Shown: one piece after another, positions 8,351-16,913 of the stretch
Position numbering within the stretch: the first letter of the stretch is position 1
Layout of the letters: every line of letters begins with the position of its first letter
Source: Mageeibacillus sp. UBA5734
Lineage (GTDB): Bacteria > Bacillota > Clostridia > Saccharofermentanales > UBA5734
DNA length: 64,000 bases
Assembly: GCA_002419365.1 (NCBI GenBank)
Contig: DIGA01000060.1
Span: 3,499 to 67,498 of the forward strand
Direction: 5' to 3'
Made by a program: the position numbers and the translations under genes
Notes under the pieces: generated by a model
Told to the model about the DNA's origin: nothing
Databases searched by the model: none
The model's input: only the letters and a program-made list of their open reading frames with translations

Positions 8351-9235
8351 ATGATCAGAAAATTTCGCTCTTTATCCCTCCTTTTAGTTCTGGCCCTCGC
8401 ACTTGCTGCGCTATCCGCCTGTGCCGGCCAGACACCCACAGCCACAACGGCCGCCCAGACCCAAGCAGCAGCAGAAACATCAGCCGCTGCCGAGACGACT
8501 GCCGCACCTGTGACACTGAAGGTCGGTGCCACCCCAGTTCCCCATGCCGAGATCCTCAAGGTCGCCCAGGCCGAGCTTTTAAAGCAGAACATCAATCTGG
8601 AAATCGTTGAGTACACCGATTATGTCCAGCCCAACCTGGCCCTCGACAGCAAGGAACTTGACGCCAATTTTTTCCAGCACCTGCCCTATCTGCTCGACTT
8701 CAATGCCAAAAATGGCACCAAGCTCGTCAGCCTGGCCGCCGTGCATTTCGAACCGCTCGGCCTCTATCCCGGCCGGACCAAAAGCCTGGCTGACCTCCAA
8801 GACGGCGCAACGATCGCCGTTCCAAACGACACCACCAACGAAGCCCGGGCTCTGCTCCTGCTCCAGGCCCAGGGTCTGATCGAATTGCCAGCCGACGCCG
8901 GCCTGGAAGTCACCCCAAAGGACATCACTGCCAATCCGAAAAACTTGAAATTCACCGAAGTCGAAGCTGCCCAGATTGCCCGCGCACTGCCTGACGTGGA
9001 TGCCGGTGTCGTCAACGGCAACTACGCCATCGAAGCAGGCCTGACCATGTCCGACGCATTGGCTGCTGAAGCCGCCGACTCGATTGCAGCCCAGACTTTT
9101 GGCAATATCCTGACCATTCGCGAAGGGGACGAAGCCCGTCCGGAACTGGTTGCCCTGGCCGATGCCCTGAAGTCGCAGGCAGTCCAGGACTTCATTGCCA
9201 GCCAGTATGCAGGTTCCGTAGTCGCTCTGGGCTGA
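8351..9235 (+). CDS. metQ: MetQ/NlpA-family methionine-binding lipoprotein (ABC substrate-binding)
   Basis: Lipobox LSAC followed by an A/T/Q-rich linker. NlpA-family body (LKVGATPVPHAEIL ... NGNYA). RBS GAAGGA favours the ATG at 8351; an alternative ATG lies at 8345. Confidence 0.85.
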   Translation: MIRKFRSLSLLLVLALALAALSACAGQTPTATTAAQTQAAAETSAAAETTAAPVTLKVGATPVPHAEILKVAQAELLKQNINLEIVEYTDYVQPNLALDSKELDANFFQHLPYLLDFNAKNGTKLVSLAAVHFEPLGLYPGRTKSLADLQDGATIAVPNDTTNEARALLLLQAQGLIELPADAGLEVTPKDITANPKNLKFTEVEAAQIARALPDVDAGVVNGNYAIEAGLTMSDALAAEAADSIAAQTFGNILTIREGDEARPELVALADALKSQAVQDFIASQYAGSVVALG

Positions 9236-9291
9236 CAGGATTTTTCCACTGTCAGCAGACCGACTTAAGCTGACACCTCAACGTCAGCACC

Positions 9292-9327
9292 AGATTGCAG
9301 CAGGGTCTTCCCTGCTGCAATCTTTTT
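9292..9327 (+). terminator. Rho-independent terminator between metQ and metN
   Basis: AGATTGCAGCAGGG tctt CCCTGCTGCAATCT followed by TTTT. Confidence 0.8.
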
Positions 9328-9391
9328 GATTATTCTTAGGGGTATTATTGTCAATGTCTGGCAAACAGATCTTTAACCATGAGGTTTATTG

Positions 9392-10207
9392 ATGATTGAA
9401 ATCCGCAATCTGACCAAAATCTATCCGGCCACTGGCAGCAGCCCGATGGTACGGGCGCTGGACCAGGTGAACCTGACGATCGATACAGGAGATATTTTCG
9501 GCATCATCGGTCTTTCCGGCGCCGGTAAAAGCACCCTGATCCGCTGCATCAACTTGCTGGAAAGGCCGACTGAAGGTGAGATCCTGGTCGATGGCCTGGA
9601 TGTGGCCAAGCTGAACGCCCATGATTTGCGGGCGTTCCGCAGTCGATTTGGCATGGTCTTCCAGGACTACAACTTGTTCATGCAGCGGACGGTCGCCCGC
9701 AACATCGCTTTTCCGCTGGAAATATCCGGTGTTCCTGCGGCAGAGCGAGCTGCCAGAGTCACCGAGCTTCTGGAACTGGTCGGTTTGTCTGACAAGGCCA
9801 ACGCCTACCCGGCCCAGCTCTCCGGAGGCCAGAAACAGCGGGTGTCCATTGCCCGTGCACTGGCAACACACCCTGAATTCCTGCTTTGTGACGAGCCAAC
9901 GTCTGCCCTTGACAGCCTGACGACCACCTCGATCCTCAACCTGCTGTCGGACATCAATCGCAAGCTTGGCGTCAGCATCATCATCATCACCCATGAGACC
10001 AGCGTCGTACGCCGTATTTGCCGCCACATGGCGGTCTTGTCGGAGAACCGCATCCTGGAAACAGGTGCAGTTGCTGATCTGGTGGCCAATCCGCAAAGTG
10101 CCCTGACCCGCCAGTTGCTGAAGCTGGAGCAGACGGTTGCCGAAGATGCTGCGGACGCGTTTGATGCCTTGGATGCCTTTGAAGCGGAGGTGCACGATCA
10201 TGAATGA
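9392..10207 (+). CDS. metN: Methionine ABC transporter ATP-binding protein (short form, no C-terminal NIL domain)
   Basis: Walker [10 protein letters not shown], signature LSGGQKQR, Walker [19 protein letters not shown] 7 nt before the ATG at 9392. Its stop overlaps the metI start (ATGA). Confidence 0.85.
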   Translation: MIEIRNLTKIYPATGSSPMVRALDQVNLTIDTGDIFGIIGLSGAGKSTLIRCINLLERPTEGEILVDGLDVAKLNAHDLRAFRSRFGMVFQDYNLFMQRTVARNIAFPLEISGVPAAERAARVTELLELVGLSDKANAYPAQLSGGQKQRVSIARALATHPEFLLCDEPTSALDSLTTTSILNLLSDINRKLGVSIIIITHETSVVRRICRHMAVLSENRILETGAVADLVANPQSALTRQLLKLEQTVAEDAADAFDALDAFEAEVHDHE

Positions 10208-10889
10208 ATTCGGCCCCTGGCTCCAGGAATTCTGGGCCGATTACGGTTTGCTGCTGATAGAAGGTACGGGTGCAACCATCTGGATGGTTCTGGCTTCCAC
10301 CCTGCTTGCCCACTTGATTGGACTGCCTATCGGCGTGCTGGTCGTGATCACCGATCGCGGCCTGTTGGTCCCCATCAAGCCAGTCCATGCCATTCTGGAA
10401 GGGATCATCAACATCGGCCGCTCCATCCCGTTCATCATTTTGATGATTGCCCTGATTCCTTTCACCCGCCTGGTCGTCGGCACATCCCTGGGTGTCAATG
10501 CGACGATCGTCCCACTCGTCATTGCGGCGGTTCCTTTTGTCGCCCGGCTGACGGAAAGTGCCCTGAAGGAAATCCCCGCTGGTGTCATCGAATCCTGTCA
10601 TGCCATGGGTGCCACGATCAGCCAGATCGTTTTCCGGGTTCTGGTGCCCGAAGCCATGCCAGCCCTGATCCGCGGTCTTTCGCTGACAGCCATCACCCTG
10701 GTGGGCTATTCCGCCATGGCCGGGGCGATCGGCGGCGGTGGACTGGGGGATATCGCAATCCGCTACGGCTACCATCGCTACCAAACTGACGTCATGTTCG
10801 TCACGATCGTTTTACTGATTGTTCTGGTCCAGGTGATCCAGGGCAGCGGCAATGCTCTCGCCAACCAGGTCGACAAGCGAAAGCGCTGA
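10200..10889 (+). CDS. metI: Methionine ABC transporter permease
   Basis: Polytopic, with the EAA-like loop [21 protein letters not shown]. The ATG at 10200 overlaps the metN stop. Confidence 0.85.
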   Translation: MNEFGPWLQEFWADYGLLLIEGTGATIWMVLASTLLAHLIGLPIGVLVVITDRGLLVPIKPVHAILEGIINIGRSIPFIILMIALIPFTRLVVGTSLGVNATIVPLVIAAVPFVARLTESALKEIPAGVIESCHAMGATISQIVFRVLVPEAMPALIRGLSLTAITLVGYSAMAGAIGGGGLGDIAIRYGYHRYQTDVMFVTIVLLIVLVQVIQGSGNALANQVDKRKR

Positions 10890-10915
10890 CGTGTCTGTGG
10901 TTCCCGACATTCAAG

Positions 10916-10953
10916 GCTGTCATCCCAGGCTGCTGCCAGGATGACAGCTTTTT
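10916..10953 (+). terminator. Rho-independent terminator after metI
   Basis: GCTGTCATCC ... GGATGACAGC followed by TTTTT. Confidence 0.8.
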
Positions 10954-11051
10954 CAACAGTCCGGAAACTGTTGCTCGAAAAAGCAGGGGAATCGACTATA
11001 ATGAACGTATCAGAGCAAGTCTGTTTAGCAAGATCCGTCAAAGGTGCTCAT

Positions 11052-11330
11052 ATGGAAAACGAATTTGAAGAAGGTTTCTGGGAGGTCTACGACCGGGCCG
11101 AGGAATTGGCAAAGAAAGATCCAGAATGGCGTTTTCTGGAGGAGCAGATCCACCATGCCCTCAATCGCTTTGAAACGATCGAAGGCCTGCAAGACAGGCT
11201 CATCACGCCGATTGACAAGCAGTATGTCCTCTTCATGAAAAAAATCTATGAGGTCATGCGCCAAAACGAGGCCGCTGCCACGCAAAAAGCAGTCTTACCG
11301 CACGTCGATCACAAAGATGTCAAACACTGA
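11052..11330 (+). CDS. Hypothetical small acidic protein (92 aa)
   Basis: The ORF 10941-11330 begins inside the metI terminator, so an internal start is needed. The ATG at 11052 has AAAGGTG 5 nt upstream; the ATG at 11001 is an alternative. No recognisable motif. The 3' end overlaps glf by 11 nt. Confidence 0.4.
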   Translation: MENEFEEGFWEVYDRAEELAKKDPEWRFLEEQIHHALNRFETIEGLQDRLITPIDKQYVLFMKKIYEVMRQNEAAATQKAVLPHVDHKDVKH

Positions 11331-12429
11331 ATTCTTTTTCCACCCGGACCAGGGCACTGGCAATGACCTGGTGCATGTCGTAGTACTTGTAGTCAGCCAG
11401 TCGGCCACCAAAGATCACGTTGTTCTCCTGGTCAGCCAATGCCTTGTATTGCAGATACAAGGCATTATTTTTGTCATCATTGACCGGATAATAGGGCTCA
11501 TCACCTTGTTTCCATTCTGCCGGGTATTCACGGGTGATAACGGTCTTGTCCTGGGTGCCGAATTCAAAATGCTTGTGCTCGATGATCCGGGTGAAGGCCG
11601 TCTCACGGTCGGTGTAATTGACGACCGCATTGCCCTGGTAATTCTCTGAGCCTAATGTCTGGTGTTCGAATCGCAGGCTGCGGTATTCGAGATTGCCGAA
11701 GCGGAAGCCATAGAACTCATCGATCATGCCGGTGAAAACGGTCTTGCCGGCGAGCGTTTCCAGTTCCACGCGGTGGGAGAAATAATCAGTCTCCAGCCGC
11801 ACGTCAATGCCCTCGAGCAGGCGGTTGGTGATCTGGTTGTAACCGCCCTCCGGAATGCCTTGGTATTTATCATTGAAATAATTGTTGTCGTAAGTGAAAC
11901 GCACCGGCAGGCGCTTGATGATGAAGGCTGGCAGCTCGGTAGCCGGACGGCCCCACTGCTTTTCGGTATAGCCTTTGATCAGTTTCTCATAAATGTCGGT
12001 ACCAACCAGGGAAATCGCCTGCTCCTCGAGATTGTGCGGCACCGAAATGCCAGCAGCCATGCGCTGGGCCGAGATCCGGGCCTGGGCCTCCGCTGGCGTG
12101 ATGACCCCCCAAAGCTTGTTGAAGGTGTTCATGTTGAAAGGCAGGTTATAGATTTCGCCCTTGAAATTGGCGATCGGTGAATTGGTGTAGCGATTGAATT
12201 CGGCAAACTGGTTGACATAGGTCCAGATGCGCTTGTCGCTGGTATGGAAAATGTGGGCTCCGTAGACATGGACATTGATCCCGGCGACAGATTCGCAGTA
12301 GATATTGCCGCCCGTATGTTTTCTCCGGTCAATGACCAGGCAGCGCTTGCCGCGCAAGGCCGCCTCATGGGCAAACGTTGCACCAAAAAGGCCGGCACCA
12401 ACGATCAGGTAATCATAGGGCTTTTCCAT
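11320..12429 (-). CDS. glf: UDP-galactopyranose mutase
   Basis: 369 aa. N-terminal FAD fold YDYLIVGAGLFGATFA, with overall length and motifs typical of Glf. Confidence 0.9.
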   Translation of the reverse strand: MEKPYDYLIVGAGLFGATFAHEAALRGKRCLVIDRRKHTGGNIYCESVAGINVHVYGAHIFHTSDKRIWTYVNQFAEFNRYTNSPIANFKGEIYNLPFNMNTFNKLWGVITPAEAQARISAQRMAAGISVPHNLEEQAISLVGTDIYEKLIKGYTEKQWGRPATELPAFIIKRLPVRFTYDNNYFNDKYQGIPEGGYNQITNRLLEGIDVRLETDYFSHRVELETLAGKTVFTGMIDEFYGFRFGNLEYRSLRFEHQTLGSENYQGNAVVNYTDRETAFTRIIEHKHFEFGTQDKTVITREYPAEWKQGDEPYYPVNDDKNNALYLQYKALADQENNVIFGGRLADYKYYDMHQVIASALVRVEKEFSV

Positions 12430-12610
12430 AGGGAGACCTCGCTTGTCTGTTTTTTATGATTTTAACATGGAAATGGCAACCAGATCATTATGTAACGCGC
12501 CTTACCGCTCCAGGAAATGTTTGATGGTATCGTCAACTTACAAGATTCGTCAATCGCAATCGATTCTGACAGATTCTGAAATCGATTCACTTATTTTTAG
12601 GAGGTATCCC

Positions 12611-13027
12611 ATGCCTGTTCGTGATTCATCCGCTGTCTGGAATGGCAATTTGAAAGAGGGCAAAGGCGTCATGCGCCTGGGCTCCGGCATGTACGAGGGG
12701 CCTTTCACCTTTGCATCCCGCTTTGAAGAAGGCACCGGCACCAACCCTGAGGAGCTGATTGGCGCAGCCCATGCTGGCTGTTTTTCGATGTTCCTGTCGG
12801 CCATCCTCACTGATGCCGGACATGTGCCGACCCGGATCTCCACCTCGGCCAAAGTCCACCTCGGCGCCGGGCCGAAAATTGTCCTGATCGAGCTGTCCAC
12901 CGTCGGTGAAGTCCCCGGGATTGACACCGCCACCTTCCTGGAATTCGCTGAAAAAGCCAAAGTCGGGTGCCCCGTCTCCCAGGCGTTGTCGGCAGTTGAG
13001 ATGAAACTGACAGCTGAACTGATCTGA
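12611..13027 (+). CDS. osmC: OsmC-family peroxiredoxin
   Basis: 138 aa with two conserved Cys (AHAGCF, VGCPVS). AGGAGG RBS at 12599-12604. The longer ORF from 12443 lacks an RBS. Confidence 0.85.
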   Translation: MPVRDSSAVWNGNLKEGKGVMRLGSGMYEGPFTFASRFEEGTGTNPEELIGAAHAGCFSMFLSAILTDAGHVPTRISTSAKVHLGAGPKIVLIELSTVGEVPGIDTATFLEFAEKAKVGCPVSQALSAVEMKLTAELI

Positions 13028-13047
13028 CCAGAGTCATTCAGGGCTAT

Positions 13048-13968
13048 TCATTTGCCATAAGGACCGTTCCGCAAGGGACGGTCTTTTTCATCCCCCGCCT
13101 TGAGGATCATCGCGATCAGGGCCTGCATGGCGGGTGTCAGGTATTTGTTTTTGTGGTGAACCAGGCTGAAAGCACGGACCAGGTCGAGGCCCTCGACCCT
13201 TACGGTCCGCAACGAGCCTGAACGCAGAGATGCTGTGATCAGGCGACTGGAGAGCACCGCGATGCCCAGTCCATTCACGGCAGCCTGGACCATGGCGTCC
13301 GAGTTGATCGCTTCCCAGGCAATGTTCCACGGGATCTGCTGCAAGGACATGGTATGCGCGAACAGTTCGCGGGTTCCGCTGCCCTGCTCGCGCACAATGA
13401 AGGACTGGTCATCCAGCGCGTGCAGCGGAATGGGGCGGTCGATGTTGAAAAACGGGTGTTTGCGACCACAGGCCAGGACCAGGTGGTCAGCCATGAACGG
13501 CTGGACCAGGATGTCCTGGCTTGTGATCGAGCCTTCAACCAGAGCCAGATCCAGTTCATTGCGGATGACCAGCTGCTCGATATCCCTCGTGTTGCGGATA
13601 CTCGCCTCGACTCTGACCTGCGGATACAGGTCGCCGAAAGCGGTCAGGAAGTCCGGCAGGAGACAGGTTCCGATCGTCAGAGTCGCCCCGACACGCAGGC
13701 TGCCGCTGGCAGATTCAGCCTCGATGGCCTGGTCCATTTCGCCAAGCAGATTGATCATATGCCGGGCATAGCCGAGCAGGACTTTGCCAGGTCCTGTCAA
13801 ATATAATCGCCGCGACAATCGGTCGAACAGCCTGACCCCATAATGCTTTTCCAGATCAGCGATGGCCTGGCTGACCGTTGGCTGGGCGATGAACAACGCT
13901 TCCGAAGCGCGTGTCATGTTGCCCGCATCGACAACAGCCAGGAAGATGTGCAGGTGGCGCAGGGTCAT
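13048..13968 (-). CDS. LysR-family transcriptional regulator
   Basis: N-terminal wHTH MTLRHLHIFLAVVDAGNMTRASEALFIAQPTVSQAIADLE. GAGGTG RBS 6 nt before the ATG at 13968. Divergent from the YeiH-family gene. Confidence 0.85.
   Translation of the reverse strand: MTLRHLHIFLAVVDAGNMTRASEALFIAQPTVSQAIADLEKHYGVRLFDRLSRRLYLTGPGKVLLGYARHMINLLGEMDQAIEAESASGSLRVGATLTIGTCLLPDFLTAFGDLYPQVRVEASIRNTRDIEQLVIRNELDLALVEGSITSQDILVQPFMADHLVLACGRKHPFFNIDRPIPLHALDDQSFIVREQGSGTRELFAHTMSLQQIPWNIAWEAINSDAMVQAAVNGLGIAVLSSRLITASLRSGSLRTVRVEGLDLVRAFSLVHHKNKYLTPAMQALIAMILKAGDEKDRPLRNGPYGK
13062..13088 (+). terminator. Rho-independent terminator after osmC (inside the 3' end of the convergent LysR gene)
   Basis: GACCGTTCC gcaa GGGACGGTC followed by TTTTT. 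Confidence 0.7.
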
Positions 13969-14090
13969 ACCTTTCACCTCGAGAATTACCATAGGATTTT
14001 TACTATCTTATTTATATTATCATTGTATTTTTAAAATTGATAAACTTTAGCTACACTGGATGGAGAATTTTTGATTGGAGGTCTGTTCAA

Positions 14091-15128
14091 ATGACCGTGA
14101 AAGGGCGCACAGGACCCGGTCTGTTGCTTTGCCTGGCAATCGCTGTCCCGGCCTGGTTTTTGGGATTACGCATGCCGGTGATTGGCGGGCCTGTCTTTGG
14201 CATTCTCATGGGAGTCCTGATTGCCAATCTCTTCCCCACTCTGACTTCTGGCTTTGCCGGTTTCAGCTTTGAGCCCGGTATCCGGTTGACCAGCAAGAAA
14301 CTGCTCCAGGTGGCGGTGGTTTTGCTCGGTTTCGAGATGAATTTTGCCACGATCGTCAAGGTCGGTGGCCAGTCGCTGTTTGTCATGCTGTTCACCCTGA
14401 CCGCTGCCTTTGTCACAGCCTATGCTATAGGCAAGCTTTTGCACCTGGATGGCAAAACTGTCACCCTGATCGGTGTTGGCACCTCGATCTGCGGTGGCTC
14501 GGCAATTGCGGCGACAGCACCTGTAATTGCAGCCGATGATGAAGAAGTCGCTGCAGCGATCTCGACCATTTTCCTGTTCAATGTCCTTGCGGTCTTCATC
14601 TTCCCTGCTCTGGGCCATTCGCTGAACTTGAGCGATATGGGATTTGGCCTCTGGGCTGGCACAGCGGTCAACGACACGTCCTCGGTTGTAGCAGCAGGAA
14701 CGGCCTGGAGTGCCGCAGCTGGCAACAATGTCGCCCTCAGCTATGCGACGATTGTCAAACTGACCCGGACGCTGATGATCGTGCCAATCACCTTCACCCT
14801 GGCCATGCGTACGGCCCCGCTGGCGCGCCGGCAGGAAAATGCCTCTGAAGCGCCGGCGTATAACCTGGTGCGGACTTTCCCCTGGTTTGTCATCGCTTTC
14901 CTTGCCGTCGCCCTGCTGAACACCTGGCTGCCCTGGCCGGATCTGGCCAGCAAATTCGTCACGGCCGGCAAATTCCTGATCGTCATGGCCATGTCCGCCA
15001 TCGGCCTGAACACCCGTTTCAAACGCCTGATCGCCCAAGGCTGGCGGCCCATCCTGCTCGGACTTTGCTGCTGGTTTGCCGTCGCCAGCGTCTCCCTGCT
15101 CGTCCAGAAACTGACCGCAGCGCTGTAA
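14091..15128 (+). CDS. YeiH / UPF0324-family membrane protein (putative sulfate-exporter family transporter)
   Basis: About 345 aa and polytopic. The classic divergent pairing with a LysR regulator (YeiE/YeiH arrangement) supports the call. GGAGG sits upstream of the ATG at 14091. Confidence 0.75.
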   Translation: MTVKGRTGPGLLLCLAIAVPAWFLGLRMPVIGGPVFGILMGVLIANLFPTLTSGFAGFSFEPGIRLTSKKLLQVAVVLLGFEMNFATIVKVGGQSLFVMLFTLTAAFVTAYAIGKLLHLDGKTVTLIGVGTSICGGSAIAATAPVIAADDEEVAAAISTIFLFNVLAVFIFPALGHSLNLSDMGFGLWAGTAVNDTSSVVAAGTAWSAAAGNNVALSYATIVKLTRTLMIVPITFTLAMRTAPLARRQENASEAPAYNLVRTFPWFVIAFLAVALLNTWLPWPDLASKFVTAGKFLIVMAMSAIGLNTRFKRLIAQGWRPILLGLCCWFAVASVSLLVQKLTAAL

Positions 15129-15148
15129 AAGGGACGCCGTCCCTTTTT
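15127..15148. terminator. Bidirectional-type terminator hairpin after the YeiH-family gene
   Basis: AAAAGGGACG CCGTCCCTTTTT. Confidence 0.75.
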
Positions 15149-15156
15149 CGGCAGAA

Positions 15157-15165
15157 TGGTATAAT
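15157..15165 (+). promoter_or_regulatory. Extended -10 element (TGgTATAAT) upstream of dinB
   Basis: Read directly. It is flanked by the direct repeat CAGAATGGT (15152-15160, 15172-15180). Confidence 0.5.
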
Positions 15166-15193
15166 TGTGTTCAGAATGGTCAGGTGAAGACAG

Positions 15194-16414
15194 ATGCGCA
15201 CAGTCGTTTTTCTGGTGGATATGAACGCGTTTTTCATTTCGTGCGAAATGACACGGCGTGCTGAACTGCGCGGCAAGCCGGCGGCTGTTGCCGGTGATCC
15301 GCAGCGTCGGACCGGGATCATCCTGGCAGCCAATTACGAAGCCCGGGCCTTTGGGGTAAAAACGACCATGCTGGTGCATGAAGCACAGCGGCTGTGCCCG
15401 GACATCACACTCGTTCCACCGGACCATGATTTTTACGAGCAAAAGTCTCGCGAAGTCATGCAATTGCTCCGGCGATTCACGCCTATTGTCGAACCCAACA
15501 GCATCGATGAAGCCTGGCTGGACATGACCGGTTGCGAAAAATTGTCAGGTACGCCGCTTGAAGCGGCACGTTCGATCATGCAGACGATCAACGGAAATTT
15601 GGACCTATGGTGTTCGATCGGAATTTCCGACAACAAATTCCTGGCCAAGATGGCTTCAGAAATGAAAAAGCCGCAGGGGATTACCGAACTGTGGCCGGAA
15701 GATGTGCCCGCCAAGCTCTGGCCACTGCCGGTCGGTGCCATGTATGGTGTCGGCCAGAAGACCGCCGACAAGCTTAAGCGCCTCGGTGTGGCCACGATCG
15801 GTGAACTGGCTCGACTTGATATGGAATTTCTGGTCGAACGTTTTGGCAAAAGCGGCATCGATCTCTATCGACATGCGCACGGACTAGCAGATGATCCAGT
15901 CCGTGCCACTGACGACGATTCCGTCCAGTCGATCGGCCGCTCGAAGACCTTGTCTGAGAATATTTCTGATCTGGAAAAAGCCAAGCGAATTTTACTGGGT
16001 TTGTCTGACGAAGTCGCCGCGACAGCACGCAGGCAAAACCTGAAAGGTCAAGTGGTTCAAATCACGCTCAAATACACGGATTTCAAGGTGATCACACGCC
16101 AGACCATGGTTTCTGCTACAAACCTTTCGCAAGAAGTGTACCTGGCTGGTTGTGCTTTGCTTACTAAAAACTGGGACCCTGGTAAGCCGGTCCGCCTGAT
16201 CGGGATCAGCCTCGGGCATTTTCAAAAGCACAAGGAAAACCGCCAACTGACCCTGTTTGACCAGATTGATGGTAATCAAGACAATAAGGCACTCGAACAT
16301 GTGCCACAAACAGGCAAAGTCGATCAGGCCGTCGATTCGATCCGCGAGCGGTTCGGCCAAAACAGCATCACCCGGGCGTCACTGATGAAAAAGAAGAAGC
16401 CCAAAGATGACTGA
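15194..16414 (+). CDS. dinB: DNA polymerase IV (Y-family)
   Basis: VDMNAFFISCE N-terminal catalytic motif, SIDEAWLD, and a length of 406 aa. Confidence 0.9.
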   Translation: MRTVVFLVDMNAFFISCEMTRRAELRGKPAAVAGDPQRRTGIILAANYEARAFGVKTTMLVHEAQRLCPDITLVPPDHDFYEQKSREVMQLLRRFTPIVEPNSIDEAWLDMTGCEKLSGTPLEAARSIMQTINGNLDLWCSIGISDNKFLAKMASEMKKPQGITELWPEDVPAKLWPLPVGAMYGVGQKTADKLKRLGVATIGELARLDMEFLVERFGKSGIDLYRHAHGLADDPVRATDDDSVQSIGRSKTLSENISDLEKAKRILLGLSDEVAATARRQNLKGQVVQITLKYTDFKVITRQTMVSATNLSQEVYLAGCALLTKNWDPGKPVRLIGISLGHFQKHKENRQLTLFDQIDGNQDNKALEHVPQTGKVDQAVDSIRERFGQNSITRASLMKKKKPKDD

Positions 16415-16442
16415 CCATCCTTGTCTGAATCCAATGGATGGA

Positions 16443-16625
16443 TCAATTCAGAACTTTGATGATCTGGACAAACTCAGCATTGACGATTTGGCGTCCACTG
16501 GCCGTTTCCACCTCAATCCAGTTCTCGTTGACCTGAATGATTTTTCCTTTGACCGTGCTGCCGTAGGAACCAGAAGAAATTTTGCACTGTTTCCCTGTGT
16601 ATTGTTGTAGCAATTCATTGGTCAT
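16443..16625 (-). CDS. Hypothetical 60-aa protein
   Basis: Strong AGGAGG RBS directly upstream of the internal ATG (MTNELLQQY...). Beta-rich sequence with no recognised family. The 104-aa long form lacks an RBS. Confidence 0.5.
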   Translation of the reverse strand: MTNELLQQYTGKQCKISSGSYGSTVKGKIIQVNENWIEVETASGRQIVNAEFVQIIKVLN

Positions 16626-16770
16626 CGCAACTTTCCTCCTGTGCCTGATTCGTTTTGCCGCCAGTATAAGTTGAAATGCATGTTGCTGATGCAACAGGAC
16701 GAACAGAATAAAAATCGGGAAATAAAGCGTAACAAACGTGCCTGAGTCCATCAGCAATCACCCCTTTTTG

Positions 16771-16792
16771 AAAAGGGACCGGGTCCCTTTTT
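16771..16792. terminator. Bidirectional-type terminator hairpin
   Basis: AAAAGGGA CCGG TCCCTTTT(T), between the giant gene and the 60-aa ORF. Confidence 0.7.
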
Positions 16793-16812
16793 GGGCAAAA
16801 AGCCAGAAACAG

Positions 16813-16847
16813 GCTCCCCTCTAAGCTTTGCGGGCTTGGAGGGGAGC
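16813..16847 (-). terminator. Stem-loop immediately downstream of the giant surface-protein gene
   Basis: GCTCCCCTC...GAGGGGAGC with an inner AAGC/GCTT extension. A U-rich tract follows only after about 12 nt. Confidence 0.5.
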
Positions 16848-16848
16848 A

Positions 16849-16860
16849 GTGTGTGTGTGT
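16849..16860. repeat. (GT)6 dinucleotide microsatellite
   Basis: Read directly, in the 3' untranslated spacer of the giant surface-protein gene. Confidence 0.9.
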
Positions 16861-16913
16861 TTGCGATTCTGTCGTCCGGACGCCTTCAATCAATTGTTCA
16901 GGCAGCCAAACGT

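Noticed and set aside
13991-14006. ATAG-N8-CTAT palindrome as the LysR (T-N11-A) box for the LysR / YeiH pair
   Set aside because: The spacing gives T-N12-A rather than T-N11-A, and the region is generally AT-rich. It is plausible but not supportable from sequence alone.
16443-16757. 104-aa long form of the small minus-strand ORF with an N-terminal hydrophobic segment
   Set aside because: A consensus AGGAGG lies immediately before the internal ATG at 16625, and none precedes 16757. The extension would begin next to the bidirectional terminator at 16771-16792.
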